DNA of 64,000 nt from Candidatus Iainarchaeum sp. (lineage in GTDB: Archaea; Iainarchaeota; Iainarchaeia; Iainarchaeales; JAGVWC01): NCBI GenBank assembly GCA_018304465.1, contig JAGVWC010000011.1, forward strand, positions 87,757 through 151,756. Direction: 5' to 3'. Numbering within the stretch: position 1 is the stretch's first letter; each line of letters begins with the position of its first letter. Below the pieces are notes generated by a model, which worked only from the letters and a program-made list of their open reading frames with translations, did not search any database and was not told the DNA's origin. Position numbers and translations under genes: made by a program. Below, in pieces: positions 9,171-18,941 of the stretch.

Positions 9171-9190
9171 TTAGAAATTGTTCTTGCCAC
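9171..9190 (-). repeat. scpA upstream half-site (WQEQF)
   Basis: 9176-9189 identical to scpA 9879-9892; minus strand TGG CAA GAA CAA TTT then diverges exactly where TGG GAA would follow. Confidence 0.75.
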
Positions 9191-9199
9191 TTTGTGAAC

Positions 9200-9817
9200 T
9201 TACAAGTTTGGATTATTTCTCGCATCATAAAAAAACATGCTTGTCATCACCACGGAGTGAAAAATGTCATGCCTAATTTGAAACTCCAACAGTTCTTCAA
9301 AAGTTGGATTATTTTTTTGATCCCACCGGTCTTCGTTTGAAGGGTCAAAAAATAAGCCCATTTTACTGATGACGCCTTTGATTCTTGCATCTTCTACATT
9401 GCTGATTTTTTGGGCAAGCTCTCGGATTTGCCAATGAACGGGTTGGTCCATCGAAAAATCTCTCGGATTTCGGGAGAACCAGTCTATCATTCGATTAAAT
9501 GCGTCGGAAGCTTCAGGGGTGACTTTGGATCTCACTTGCTCTTTAAGCGATCCGGCAATGATTGGAATAATTTGTTCAATCGCTCTTGCGGTTCCCGTTT
9601 GTGTTCTTTCAGATCCGACGCCATGCGATAACACAATTCGAAGCGACCTGGCTACAATGGATTTTTCCATCGGATTTTTAACCATCGTGGCCAACGGTTT
9701 CCACCCCTTCTTGCGAGCAGCCAGATACGCCTTTTGATGAGCAACATACTGTGGAGTTTTTCGTTGCGGCAAGTTCAACACCACTAAAAAAGCATTCAAA
9801 CCAATTAAAATAATCAT
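9200..9817 (-). CDS. Orphan protein with basic N-terminal region (first cargo downstream of scpA)
   Basis: 205-aa ORF starting immediately after the scpA post-stop motif; true start may be a downstream TTG. Confidence 0.65.
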   Translation of the reverse strand: MIILIGLNAFLVVLNLPQRKTPQYVAHQKAYLAARKKGWKPLATMVKNPMEKSIVARSLRIVLSHGVGSERTQTGTARAIEQIIPIIAGSLKEQVRSKVTPEASDAFNRMIDWFSRNPRDFSMDQPVHWQIRELAQKISNVEDARIKGVISKMGLFFDPSNEDRWDQKNNPTFEELLEFQIRHDIFHSVVMTSMFFYDARNNPNL

Positions 9818-9829
9818 CAGCCAAACGTC

Positions 9830-10636
9830 TTATTTTTCCTGTTGATTTTTATTCCAGCGAATAAAGATATCTTCCCAGAATTGTTCTTGCCAAATCATGA
9901 TTTGGTTTCGATTGGCCAAAAACAACAATGGAATAAAATTGTTCACGACTTCGATGGGGTCGTTTTTGTGTTCGGCGGTTAACTGCGAAAACAACACGAG
10001 TCCCTGCGAATCCGCGCGCGCTTTGATCTTGTTCAACACATCCGCCATTTTTTCTTCAATGTTAAAACTCGGGTCCGGCATCACGAAGCGCAGTTCCTCG
10101 AGTTTTTTGGCAAACCGCGACTGCGTCGAGGATTTGGCCAGCATGGTTTCAATGGTTTGCACCAGTGAATCAAGCGTAACGGGTCCTTCGCGCATCATGC
10201 GGGTTCCGCGTAACTCCGGGATCTGGGCGGCAAGCAACGCGCGTTCTTCCGGCGACAATTCTTTTTCCTTTAATTCGTCTTCCAGTTCTTCAAGACTTGT
10301 CAAACGCAGGGTTTTCGCTTTGTGTTTAAGCAAAATCGCGGTCGCCAAAATCGCGTTGGCGGGCACGCGCAGATTCGACCGTTCCAACAAATTTATTTTG
10401 GACAAATACAAATCCGCCAAGCGAATCACGTCAATGTTCCACGGATCCATTTTTTCGGCTTTCACGATATCAAGCAAAATCGTTTTCCAAGCCGGCTGGT
10501 CAATCAAGTCCACCAAATATTCATGCGTCACTTCTTCGGGCAACGCGTATTCGATCAACTGTTCCGAATCCGCCTCTTCTTTTTGATGCGATTCCACGGT
10601 GCTTTCGGTTACATCCGGTTTTTTTTTGGGAGACAT
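9830..10636 (-). CDS. scpA: Segregation and condensation protein A (kleisin)
   Basis: MDPWNIDVIRLADLYL, ANAILATAILLKHKA, PVTLDSLV, FIPLLFLAN...QEQFWEDIFI motifs. Confidence 0.9.
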   Translation of the reverse strand: MSPKKKPDVTESTVESHQKEEADSEQLIEYALPEEVTHEYLVDLIDQPAWKTILLDIVKAEKMDPWNIDVIRLADLYLSKINLLERSNLRVPANAILATAILLKHKAKTLRLTSLEELEDELKEKELSPEERALLAAQIPELRGTRMMREGPVTLDSLVQTIETMLAKSSTQSRFAKKLEELRFVMPDPSFNIEEKMADVLNKIKARADSQGLVLFSQLTAEHKNDPIEVVNNFIPLLFLANRNQIMIWQEQFWEDIFIRWNKNQQEK

Positions 10637-10807
10637 ACGATACCAAATAAGGCTTTAAAAAGAATATAAATCAGGGGGTTTCCCACGTTTTATGTAGACT
10701 AAAAGGGCTTTTTTGAAATGCGAAAACCAGTTTCCAGAACCAATGACCACAAACGGATCGTGATTGAAAACCCCTTGTCGCCGCCAACAGCAAATAAAAA
10801 CCTCTTA

Positions 10808-12388
10808 TTATTTTGGAATCCTTTTTTTCATCCGGTTTTTGCGATAAACGTTCGCGAACCGATGCGCTTCGTCGCGAAGATTGGTTAACACGCGTAACCC
10901 GGGGCTGCTTCGATCAAGAGCGATCGCTGTACTGCGAATCGGAACGAATATTTCCTCGTTTCTTTTCGCTAACCCGATGACCGGAAGAGACAAATTCATT
11001 TTTCGGAATACCATAAGCGCCGTGGACAACTGGCCTTTTCCACCGTCCACGACCACCAAATCCGGCAACGGCAAGTCTTTGGACAAGCTTCCGCCGTACC
11101 GGCGGTCCAACACTTCAAACATCGCGGCATAATCGTCTCCCGGTTGCGCCGTCAAAATCCTGAATTTTCGATAATTCGCCTTGTTGGGTTTTCCGTTTTC
11201 AAACACCACCATGGACGCCACGGTTTCGGACCCGCCCATATGTGAAATATCAAAGCATTCAATGCGCTTAGGGGTCTTGGGCAAAAACAGCCTCGTTTTC
11301 AGTTCCACCAATGGATCCGCCGTCGGATTCAACGCGTATTCCAGGTTTTTTTTGGCGATATCCAGCATTCGCTTGGCATCCGCCGAGGGATTCCAACGCA
11401 CCGCTACCGGATAACCGGCCGAATCGGACAAGACAATCATGATTTCATCGGCGCGCGCGATCGGCTCCGACAAAACGATTTCATGCGGCGGAACGTTTTG
11501 CGAATAATACTCAAGCAAAAAATCCTCGACGATATCCGTCGAAACAAGCTTTGAATCAAACGAAAAAAGTTTTTTTCCAAGCAACGTTCCGCGACGAAAC
11601 GGCAGCACCAGCAAGCGAACGCCGTCCTCCGTTTTTTTGAACGCGATGAAATCCTGGTTTTTGTTTTTGAACGTGTCCACGACTTGCTTTTCCATTTTTC
11701 CTTTCAATGTCTCGATGGCCTCGCGTTTCTGCAACGCCAATTCGAAATTCTGGCTTTTGGCCAGCAATTTCATTTCTTCTTCCAGAATCGAAATCAAGGT
11801 TTCGCGTTTTCCCGAAAAAAAATCCGCGGCTTTTTCAACCTGAACGGCGTACTCTTCGCGCGAAACGTTTTGGATGCAAGGCGCCGTGCATTGTCCCATA
11901 TAAAATTTCAAACACGCTTTTTTCGGAAGGGTTTTACAGGTTCGGATCCTGAAAGTTTTTTCGACCATGTCAATCATGGTGTGGCGCGCAGAACCGTCCA
12001 CAAACGGACCGAAAACCAGGTCTTTTGGGTCAAGGTTTTTTTTGGGTTCTCGCACCACCACAATCTTTGAGAACGGTTCGTTCGTGACTTTGACGTACGG
12101 ATAACGATAGGAATCCTTCAAATCGACGTTGTATTTTCCCTTGAATTTCTTGATCAAATTCGATTCCAAAATCAAGGCTTCGGTTTCATTCGACGTAATG
12201 ATGAATTCAATATCTGCGATCTGCTCCACCAATTGCATGGTTTTCGAATCATGTTTTTTGTTGTTAAAATAACTCGAAATGCGATTTTTGAGGTCCTTGG
12301 CTTTGCCAACGTAAATCACGGTCGCCAAAGCGTCTTTCATGAGGTAAACGCCGGGCGAATGAGGGGCAAGCGAAACAAAAGAAGGCAT
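10808..12388 (-). CDS. uvrC: Excinuclease ABC subunit C (no C-terminal HhH)
   Basis: GIY-YIG PGVYLMKD...YVGKAKDL, RIECFDISH, PDLVVVDGGKGQ, LRDEAHRFA; likely start ATG 12388. Confidence 0.95.
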   Translation of the reverse strand: MPSFVSLAPHSPGVYLMKDALATVIYVGKAKDLKNRISSYFNNKKHDSKTMQLVEQIADIEFIITSNETEALILESNLIKKFKGKYNVDLKDSYRYPYVKVTNEPFSKIVVVREPKKNLDPKDLVFGPFVDGSARHTMIDMVEKTFRIRTCKTLPKKACLKFYMGQCTAPCIQNVSREEYAVQVEKAADFFSGKRETLISILEEEMKLLAKSQNFELALQKREAIETLKGKMEKQVVDTFKNKNQDFIAFKKTEDGVRLLVLPFRRGTLLGKKLFSFDSKLVSTDIVEDFLLEYYSQNVPPHEIVLSEPIARADEIMIVLSDSAGYPVAVRWNPSADAKRMLDIAKKNLEYALNPTADPLVELKTRLFLPKTPKRIECFDISHMGGSETVASMVVFENGKPNKANYRKFRILTAQPGDDYAAMFEVLDRRYGGSLSKDLPLPDLVVVDGGKGQLSTALMVFRKMNLSLPVIGLAKRNEEIFVPIRSTAIALDRSSPGLRVLTNLRDEAHRFANVYRKNRMKKRIPK

Positions 12389-12473
12389 GAAGTAATTATG
12401 TACAAGACTTTTTTTAAGGTATTCGACCACCAAAACGAATAATAAGAAAAAAAAACCATTTGAATCGGGAAAA

Positions 12474-13118
12474 ATGGCTTTGCCGCGACCAAGAAAAATT
12501 TTGAAAGAAAAAATCCTGAATGTCAGGCGAAAAGCCCGCGTCATCCGTCGAAAAGCGCGGGTATTCGCATCCAAACAACTGGAACAAAGCGAAAACAGAC
12601 TGCTAAAACCAGTGGATGGCCGAAAACCGGGTCCGGTCCGAAAAAAAATCGCTTTGGCGTTACGCGTATACCGGCTGGGACCCGTAATCCAGCAAAAAAT
12701 GAGACAATTTTCAACCGAAGTCGATGTATCCAGCCAGCGGTTTGGATTGATCAAAGAAAATACCGCGGAACTTGATCGACTGAGTCGGCGAATAAGAAAT
12801 TTGGGCCGCGACAGAACCCGCGGTGACCCCGAACGAATGGATGCCCGGTTGCTTCGGCAAGCCCGGCTGTGCGAAGACGAAATTTTGCGCACGCACCGCA
12901 TCCTTCGGATCGCCGACGAGATTCATTCGTACTTGAATGCCCGAAAAAAAGTCTTGGGCCCATTCATGGGAAAAAAATTCCGCATGATCTATGAAAAAGA
13001 CGCCCGCGTCTGGAGCGACCCCGAATTCCGAAAACGCCAGGAAGACCTGTTGACGTTTCTCACTGCGGCCAAAGAATCCGCCGTTTTTTCCATTAAAACC
13101 CGGGAACGTTATTCTTAA
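12474..13118 (+). CDS. Arg/Lys-rich orphan protein between uvrA and uvrC on the opposite strand
   Basis: 214-aa ORF MALPRPRKILK... fills the uvrA-uvrC gap; stop overlaps the uvrA stop. Confidence 0.65.
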   Translation: MALPRPRKILKEKILNVRRKARVIRRKARVFASKQLEQSENRLLKPVDGRKPGPVRKKIALALRVYRLGPVIQQKMRQFSTEVDVSSQRFGLIKENTAELDRLSRRIRNLGRDRTRGDPERMDARLLRQARLCEDEILRTHRILRIADEIHSYLNARKKVLGPFMGKKFRMIYEKDARVWSDPEFRKRQEDLLTFLTAAKESAVFSIKTRERYS

Positions 13119-15973
13119 TCCGTTTTTTCATTGATCGGCGAAGAAACATTTTTTTCTTTGGGTGAAAGGGTTTGTTTTAGAAACTGACCCGTATAACTCT
13201 TCGAATTGGCCGTAACATCTTCCGGAGTGCCCTTGGCAATGATTTGTCCGCCGCCCAAACCGCCTTCCGGACCCAAATCAATGATGTAATCCGCGGATTT
13301 GATCACGTCCAGGTTGTGCTCCACAATAATCACGGTATTACGGCTCGCAATGAGACGATTGAGGACTTCCAATAGTTTTTTCACGTCTGCAAAATGCAGT
13401 CCCGTCGTCGGCTCGTCCAGCAGATAAATCGTGGAACCCGTTTCGCGTTTGGACAATTCTTTCGCGATTTTCACCCGCTGGGCTTCTCCGCCGGAAAGCG
13501 TGGTCGCGCTTTGACCCATTTTGATGTAATTCAAACCCACGTCCGCCAAAAGCGCGAGTTTGTTGCGAATCCGCGGAATATTCTCGAAAAAAACAACCGC
13601 TTCTTCGACGCTCATGTTCAATACATCGGAAACGTTTTTTCCTTTGTACGTAATCGAAAGCGTTTCCCGGTTAAACCGCGTTCCCTTGCATTCTTCGCAA
13701 ACCACCGTGACGTCAGGCAAAAAATTCATTTCAATCGTGTTCGATCCGTTGCCTTCGCACGCTTCGCATCGCCCCCCCGGAACGTTAAACGAAAAACGAC
13801 CCGGTCCAAAACCCCGAATCTTCGCTTCGCGAGTGGACGCATACAAGTCCCGGACCAAATCGAATACCCCGATATAGGTTCCCGGGTTCGATCGCGGGGT
13901 TCGGCCGATCGGCTGTTGATTAATATTAATGACCTTGTCAATCTGATCCAGGCCCGTGAGCTTTGAAAACAGACCCACTTTCAAATCGGAGTGATTCAAG
14001 CGATTCGAAAGCAACGGAAACAAGGTATCATTGATTAAAGAGCTTTTTCCGCTGCCGGAAACCCCAGTAATACACGTCATGACCCCCAGCGGAAACTCGA
14101 CGTCGATGTTTTTGAGGTTGTGTTCCTTGCAGCCAAACAACACCAGTTTTTTTTCGGATTTCCGACGGGTTTTGGGAACCGGAATTTTTTCTTTTCCGGA
14201 CAAAAACTTTCCCGTAAGCGACTTCGGATTCGCCTCGATTTCCGCCGGAGTCCCCGTAGCCACGACAAATCCGCCGTGAATCCCCGCGCCGGGACCGATG
14301 TCGATCACGAAATCGGCTTGCCGAATCGTATCATCATCATGTTCCACGACGAGCACGGTGTTTCCCAGGTCCCGCAAGCGCTGCAAGGTCTCGATCAAAC
14401 GCTGATTGTCCCGCTGATGCAAGCCAATGCTTGGTTCGTCCAGAATATACATGACGCCGGTCAGATTGGACCCGATTTGCGTCGCCAAGCGAATCCGTTG
14501 GCTTTCGCCGCCCGACAACGTTGCCGCCGGACGAGACAACGTCAAGTACCCCAATCCCACGTTTCGAATGAAAAACAACCGGTCGCGGATTTCCTTTAAA
14601 ACCTGTCGAGAGATTTCGAAATCTTTTTTGGACAAATCCAGGTTCTTGAAAAAATCAACCAGATCCAACACCGTTAAATCAGAGACTTCGATGACGTTTT
14701 TTTCGCCGACAGTCACCGCCAAACTCAACGGTTTTAACCGGTGTCCCTTGCATGTTTCACACGTCTGAACCCGCATGAATTCTTCCATGTCCTGGCGTCT
14801 GCGCTCGGACTTGGTTTCGGTATACAATCGTTTTTGCAACGGAATGATTCCTTCAAACCGCGTGGTTCCCGAAAAACTCGAATCGGTATTAACGGAATTG
14901 TATTCGAACTTCACCGGCTCGTCGCTTCCGTACAAAATGATTTTCTGGTATTGTTTGGACAACTGGTTCCACGAAACATTCAGTGAAAACTTGAAATGCC
15001 GGGCCAAAGACGCGAGTTGCTGGCCGCGCCAACCCGTCAAAGAACCGAATCCCGGCAGTGCAATCGCGCCTTTTAGGATCGATACGGTTTTGTCCGGAAT
15101 TACGAGATCCGGATCGAACTCTTGCTTGTATCCGATTCCGTGGCATTCGTCACAAGCGCCAAACGGCGAATTAAAACTGAACATTCGCGGCTGTAATTCC
15201 TCAAAACTGATCTCGTGCTCGTCACATGAAAGCTTTTTCGAATACGATTTCGAGTCTTTTCCCGACTTGACGACGACAAAACCATTCGCGAGTCCCGCCG
15301 CGGTTTCGATCGCGTCCGCGATCCGCGACTGGTTTTCCTTTAAAACCGCAAGCCGGTCCACGACCACGTCGATGCTGTGTTTTTTTTGCTTGTCCAAATC
15401 CAGTTTGTCTCCGGCCGAATACGAAAACCCGTCGATAAAAAACCGTGCAAACCCCTTTTTTCCGAGGTCTTCCACCATTTTTTCGTAGGTTCCTTTTTTC
15501 TGGCGGACAATCGGCGCCATCACCTGAATGGGCTGGGACGCGTACTGCTTGAAAATCGAATCCACGATGGCGTCGGTTGAAGTCGAAGACAATACTTTTC
15601 CGCACACCGGACAATGAGGAGTACCGATGCGCGCGTACAACAAACGCAAATAATCGAATATTTCGGTAATGGTTCCAACCGTCGAACGCGGGTTCTTACT
15701 GGTCGATTTTTGTTCGATCGAAATCGCGGGAGACAATCCTTCAATGGAATCCACGTCCGGCTTGTTCATCAAACCCAAAAACTGGCGCGCATACGCCGAA
15801 AGGCTTTCCACGTACCGGCGCTGGCCTTCGGCATACAAGGTATCGAACGCAAGGGTCGATTTGCCCGAACCCGAAACTCCCGTGATCACGATCAGTTTGT
15901 TGCGCGGCAAATCCAGACTGATGTTTTTGAGGTTGTGTTCGCGGCAACCGCGTAACCGAATAAAATCATCCAT
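13115..15973 (-). CDS. uvrA: Excinuclease ABC subunit A
   Basis: Two GVSGSGKS Walker A motifs, two LSGGE signatures, Zn-finger CxxC motifs; start MDDFIRLRG. Confidence 0.98.
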   Translation of the reverse strand: MDDFIRLRGCREHNLKNISLDLPRNKLIVITGVSGSGKSTLAFDTLYAEGQRRYVESLSAYARQFLGLMNKPDVDSIEGLSPAISIEQKSTSKNPRSTVGTITEIFDYLRLLYARIGTPHCPVCGKVLSSTSTDAIVDSIFKQYASQPIQVMAPIVRQKKGTYEKMVEDLGKKGFARFFIDGFSYSAGDKLDLDKQKKHSIDVVVDRLAVLKENQSRIADAIETAAGLANGFVVVKSGKDSKSYSKKLSCDEHEISFEELQPRMFSFNSPFGACDECHGIGYKQEFDPDLVIPDKTVSILKGAIALPGFGSLTGWRGQQLASLARHFKFSLNVSWNQLSKQYQKIILYGSDEPVKFEYNSVNTDSSFSGTTRFEGIIPLQKRLYTETKSERRRQDMEEFMRVQTCETCKGHRLKPLSLAVTVGEKNVIEVSDLTVLDLVDFFKNLDLSKKDFEISRQVLKEIRDRLFFIRNVGLGYLTLSRPAATLSGGESQRIRLATQIGSNLTGVMYILDEPSIGLHQRDNQRLIETLQRLRDLGNTVLVVEHDDDTIRQADFVIDIGPGAGIHGGFVVATGTPAEIEANPKSLTGKFLSGKEKIPVPKTRRKSEKKLVLFGCKEHNLKNIDVEFPLGVMTCITGVSGSGKSSLINDTLFPLLSNRLNHSDLKVGLFSKLTGLDQIDKVININQQPIGRTPRSNPGTYIGVFDLVRDLYASTREAKIRGFGPGRFSFNVPGGRCEACEGNGSNTIEMNFLPDVTVVCEECKGTRFNRETLSITYKGKNVSDVLNMSVEEAVVFFENIPRIRNKLALLADVGLNYIKMGQSATTLSGGEAQRVKIAKELSKRETGSTIYLLDEPTTGLHFADVKKLLEVLNRLIASRNTVIIVEHNLDVIKSADYIIDLGPEGGLGGGQIIAKGTPEDVTANSKSYTGQFLKQTLSPKEKNVSSPINEKTD

Positions 15974-15983
15974 TTTTTCTCTC

Positions 15984-17918
15984 CTATTTTCCCGCTTTGA
16001 ACCGTTTTTCCATCTGATGAATCCGGTCCCGAAGCACGATCGCTTTTTCAAACTGCAGTTCTTCCGCGGCCACGTTCATTTCCGCTTCGAGTTCGATCAG
16101 CAACGCGGGAATATTGTCCTTTGGAATCGTTTCCACGCTTGACAAATCCATATCGCCTTCCTTGATGGCCTTGATGATCGTTTTCGGAACGATCCCGTGT
16201 TTTTCGTTGAACTCCAGTTGCTTGGCGCGGCGACGATTCGTCTCGTCAATCGCCCGTTTCATCGAATCCGTCATCCGGGAAGAATACAAAATCACGCGTC
16301 CCTCGGAATTCCGCGCCGCACGTCCAATCGTCTGGATCAACGACCGGTCGTTTCGCAAAAAACCTTCCTGATCCGCGTCCAAAATCGCGACCAAAGCGAC
16401 TTCCGGAATATCCAATCCTTCGCGCAGCAAATTGATTCCGACCAACGTGTCGAATTTTTTCAATCGCAACTGGCGAATCACTTCGGTTCGCTCCAACGTA
16501 TCGATTTCCGAATGCAAATATCTCACTTTCAATTGTTTTTTGGCGAAAAACTCGGTCAAATCCTCCGCCATTTTCTTGGTCAAGGTCGTTACCAGCGTTC
16601 GAAAACCCTTTGCGGTGGTTGATTCGATTTCTTTGAACAAATCATTCACCTGATCGTTTGACGGACGCACTTCAATGATCGGATCCACAAGCCCTGTGGG
16701 ACGAATGATCTGTTCCACGACTTTTTTCGAATGCTTAAACTCGTAATCCGCCGGCGTCGCGCTCGTAAACACCACGTTTTTGAGGTATTTTTCGAATTCC
16801 TCGAACGAAAGCGGACGGTTATCGAACGCGCTGGGCAACCGAAACCCATGGTCCACCAGGCTTTTTTTGCGCGACTGATCCCCTTTCAACATTCCGTGAA
16901 TCTGCGGCAACGACACGTGCGATTCGTCGATAATCATCAAAAAATCTTTCGGAAAAAAATCCAAGAGACAATACGGCGGCTCGCCGGGTTTTCGGCCGTC
17001 AAAATGACGCGAATAATTCTCGATTCCGCTGCAATACCCGAGTTCCTCGATCATTTCCAAATCATAAAACGTGCGCGAACGCAAGCGTTCTTGTTCCAAC
17101 GGACCCAAGTTCGGCAGCCATTCCTTTAACTCTGTTCGAATCGATTCGATCGCCCGGTTCCGCTGGTCTTCTTCGATCACGAAGTGCCGCGCGGGAAACA
17201 ACACGATCGCATTCATTTTTTCGACCAATTGGTTCGTTAACGCGTTTCGAACCGAAATCGCCTCTACCGTGTCCCCGAAAAACTCGATGCGCGTAAACGA
17301 GTCATCGGTTCCGCTTCGAATATCCACAATATCGCCCAGCACCCGGATTTTTCCCGGCGAAAAATCGACATTGTTGCGCTGATACTGAATATCCACCAGC
17401 TTTTCAATCAAAGTATTGCGGTTAATTTCCTCGCCGACCCGCACCGAAACCGCCATTTTGGCATAGTTTTCCGGGTCCCCCAACCCATAAATACACGAGA
17501 CACTTGAAACAATGATCACGTCTTTTCGCGTCATCAACGCATGCGTGGCCTCCAGGCGCAATTGCTCGATTTTTTCATTGATTTGCGCGTCTTTTTCAAT
17601 ATACACGTCTTTTCCCGGCAAATACGATTCCGGCTGGTAATAATCGTAATACGAAACAAAATAATGCACCGAATTATTCGGAAAAAACGCCTTGAACTCG
17701 TTAAACAACTGGGCCGCCAAGGTCTTGTTGTGACACAACACCAACGTGGGTTTTTGGACTTTTTCAATCACGTTTGAAACCGTAAACGTCTTTCCGCTGC
17801 CCGTGACCCCAAGCAACGTGAGCAACCCGCCGGTCTTGAGGCCTTCGGCTAATTCTTTAATCGCTTGGGGCTGGTCTCCAGCAGGCTGGAACGAACTTTC
17901 CACTTTGAATAGAGGCAT
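15984..17918 (-). CDS. uvrB: Excinuclease ABC subunit B
   Basis: GDQPQAI, GVTGSGKT, YYDYYQPE, IDESH, QTIGRAARN. Confidence 0.98.
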   Translation of the reverse strand: MPLFKVESSFQPAGDQPQAIKELAEGLKTGGLLTLLGVTGSGKTFTVSNVIEKVQKPTLVLCHNKTLAAQLFNEFKAFFPNNSVHYFVSYYDYYQPESYLPGKDVYIEKDAQINEKIEQLRLEATHALMTRKDVIIVSSVSCIYGLGDPENYAKMAVSVRVGEEINRNTLIEKLVDIQYQRNNVDFSPGKIRVLGDIVDIRSGTDDSFTRIEFFGDTVEAISVRNALTNQLVEKMNAIVLFPARHFVIEEDQRNRAIESIRTELKEWLPNLGPLEQERLRSRTFYDLEMIEELGYCSGIENYSRHFDGRKPGEPPYCLLDFFPKDFLMIIDESHVSLPQIHGMLKGDQSRKKSLVDHGFRLPSAFDNRPLSFEEFEKYLKNVVFTSATPADYEFKHSKKVVEQIIRPTGLVDPIIEVRPSNDQVNDLFKEIESTTAKGFRTLVTTLTKKMAEDLTEFFAKKQLKVRYLHSEIDTLERTEVIRQLRLKKFDTLVGINLLREGLDIPEVALVAILDADQEGFLRNDRSLIQTIGRAARNSEGRVILYSSRMTDSMKRAIDETNRRRAKQLEFNEKHGIVPKTIIKAIKEGDMDLSSVETIPKDNIPALLIELEAEMNVAAEELQFEKAIVLRDRIHQMEKRFKAGK

Positions 17919-18110
17919 ATCTCATCAGACAAATAATTTTTTTGGGGAATTCGGCACCTGCTCGTAGAATGAAAGGAAAAAACAGGAACAGAACAAACAA
18001 TTAGTTCAGGAAAACGTTAAAAGAATATGCAAGCCGATTCGCCAGTAAAACCCGACAAAAACCACAAGCAAAAGTCTCAAGCCGAAAAAACATTTTTGAA
18101 AAGGTTCTTC

Positions 18111-18863
18111 TTACGCTTTACTTGCTTCCCACATAATATTGAAGTAAACCTTAAAGCTATCCGCCAAAGATTTGTCCCGAACCAATAACGCAAGCGGGGT
18201 TTTTAACACAAAACAAAATAGCACGCATTCATTGTAAATATCCACCCAATTCGGACTGACCAGCTCATTTGGCAGGTATCGAACTTTTGTTAACTTGAAT
18301 TTTTTTCGAACTTGTCCAAAATCACGCACATTGCTGTTATACAAAATTTTCATGCGAATTCCACGACTTTCCCGTCGACGATGAAAATTCAAAAACCACG
18401 ACTCCCATTTTTCGTTTGCGATGCGAGGAGCCCCAAAAACAAGCAAGGAATCCCCTGATTTTAGGCCTTTAAGCAATTCTTCGCGAACGGACCGCAAACC
18501 ATGAAAACCTTCGGTTACTTCCGCAAAAGACCCAAAGGAAAAAGATTTCCGCTGCTGTTCAAGGGATGGAAGCAGCGTCAAAATCTTTTTCTTCATCACG
18601 GCTAATTTTTGCTCTTTTTTTTGAACATACTCGACTAGGGTGTGGGTATCATTTGCAAGAAACTGTTTCACTCTGTTTTTGATAATGTATCCGGCTAAGC
18701 CCTTGTCAATCAACCGGTTTAAAATGTCATAAATCTTAGATTTTGAAACACCGCTTTCCTTGGCTATTCTTCCAACACCGCTTTCCCCCAAGCGAACCAA
18801 CGAAAAATACACTCGTGTTTCTCCGTTGCTTAATCCCAATTCTCGAAAAACTTCTTCTTCCAT
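18111..18863 (-). CDS. TrmB-family transcriptional regulator
   Basis: LGLSNGETRVYFSL...IAKESGVSKSKIYDILNRLIDKGL wHTH. Confidence 0.85.
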   Translation of the reverse strand: MEEEVFRELGLSNGETRVYFSLVRLGESGVGRIAKESGVSKSKIYDILNRLIDKGLAGYIIKNRVKQFLANDTHTLVEYVQKKEQKLAVMKKKILTLLPSLEQQRKSFSFGSFAEVTEGFHGLRSVREELLKGLKSGDSLLVFGAPRIANEKWESWFLNFHRRRESRGIRMKILYNSNVRDFGQVRKKFKLTKVRYLPNELVSPNWVDIYNECVLFCFVLKTPLALLVRDKSLADSFKVYFNIMWEASKA

Positions 18864-18941
18864 AACCTATTTACAAAACAAATGTATTAAAAGTATCCCC
18901 CTAGGGGGGAAATCGAAAATATATGGCTAAAACACAGCAAT

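Noticed and set aside
9165-9190. Classical integron attC site (GTTAGAA resembles GTTRRRY; also at 7320)
   Set aside because: Imperfect match, no complementary RYYYAAC box or long attC hairpin found, and no IntI gene.
828-9894. Repeats as a CRISPR array
   Set aside because: Spacing is irregular (0.4-4 kb), the intervals are whole genes, and no cas genes are present.
12389-12901. 171-aa N-terminal extension of UvrC in the ORF track
   Set aside because: Largely antisense to the 12474-13118 ORF; UvrC homology begins at Met 12388.
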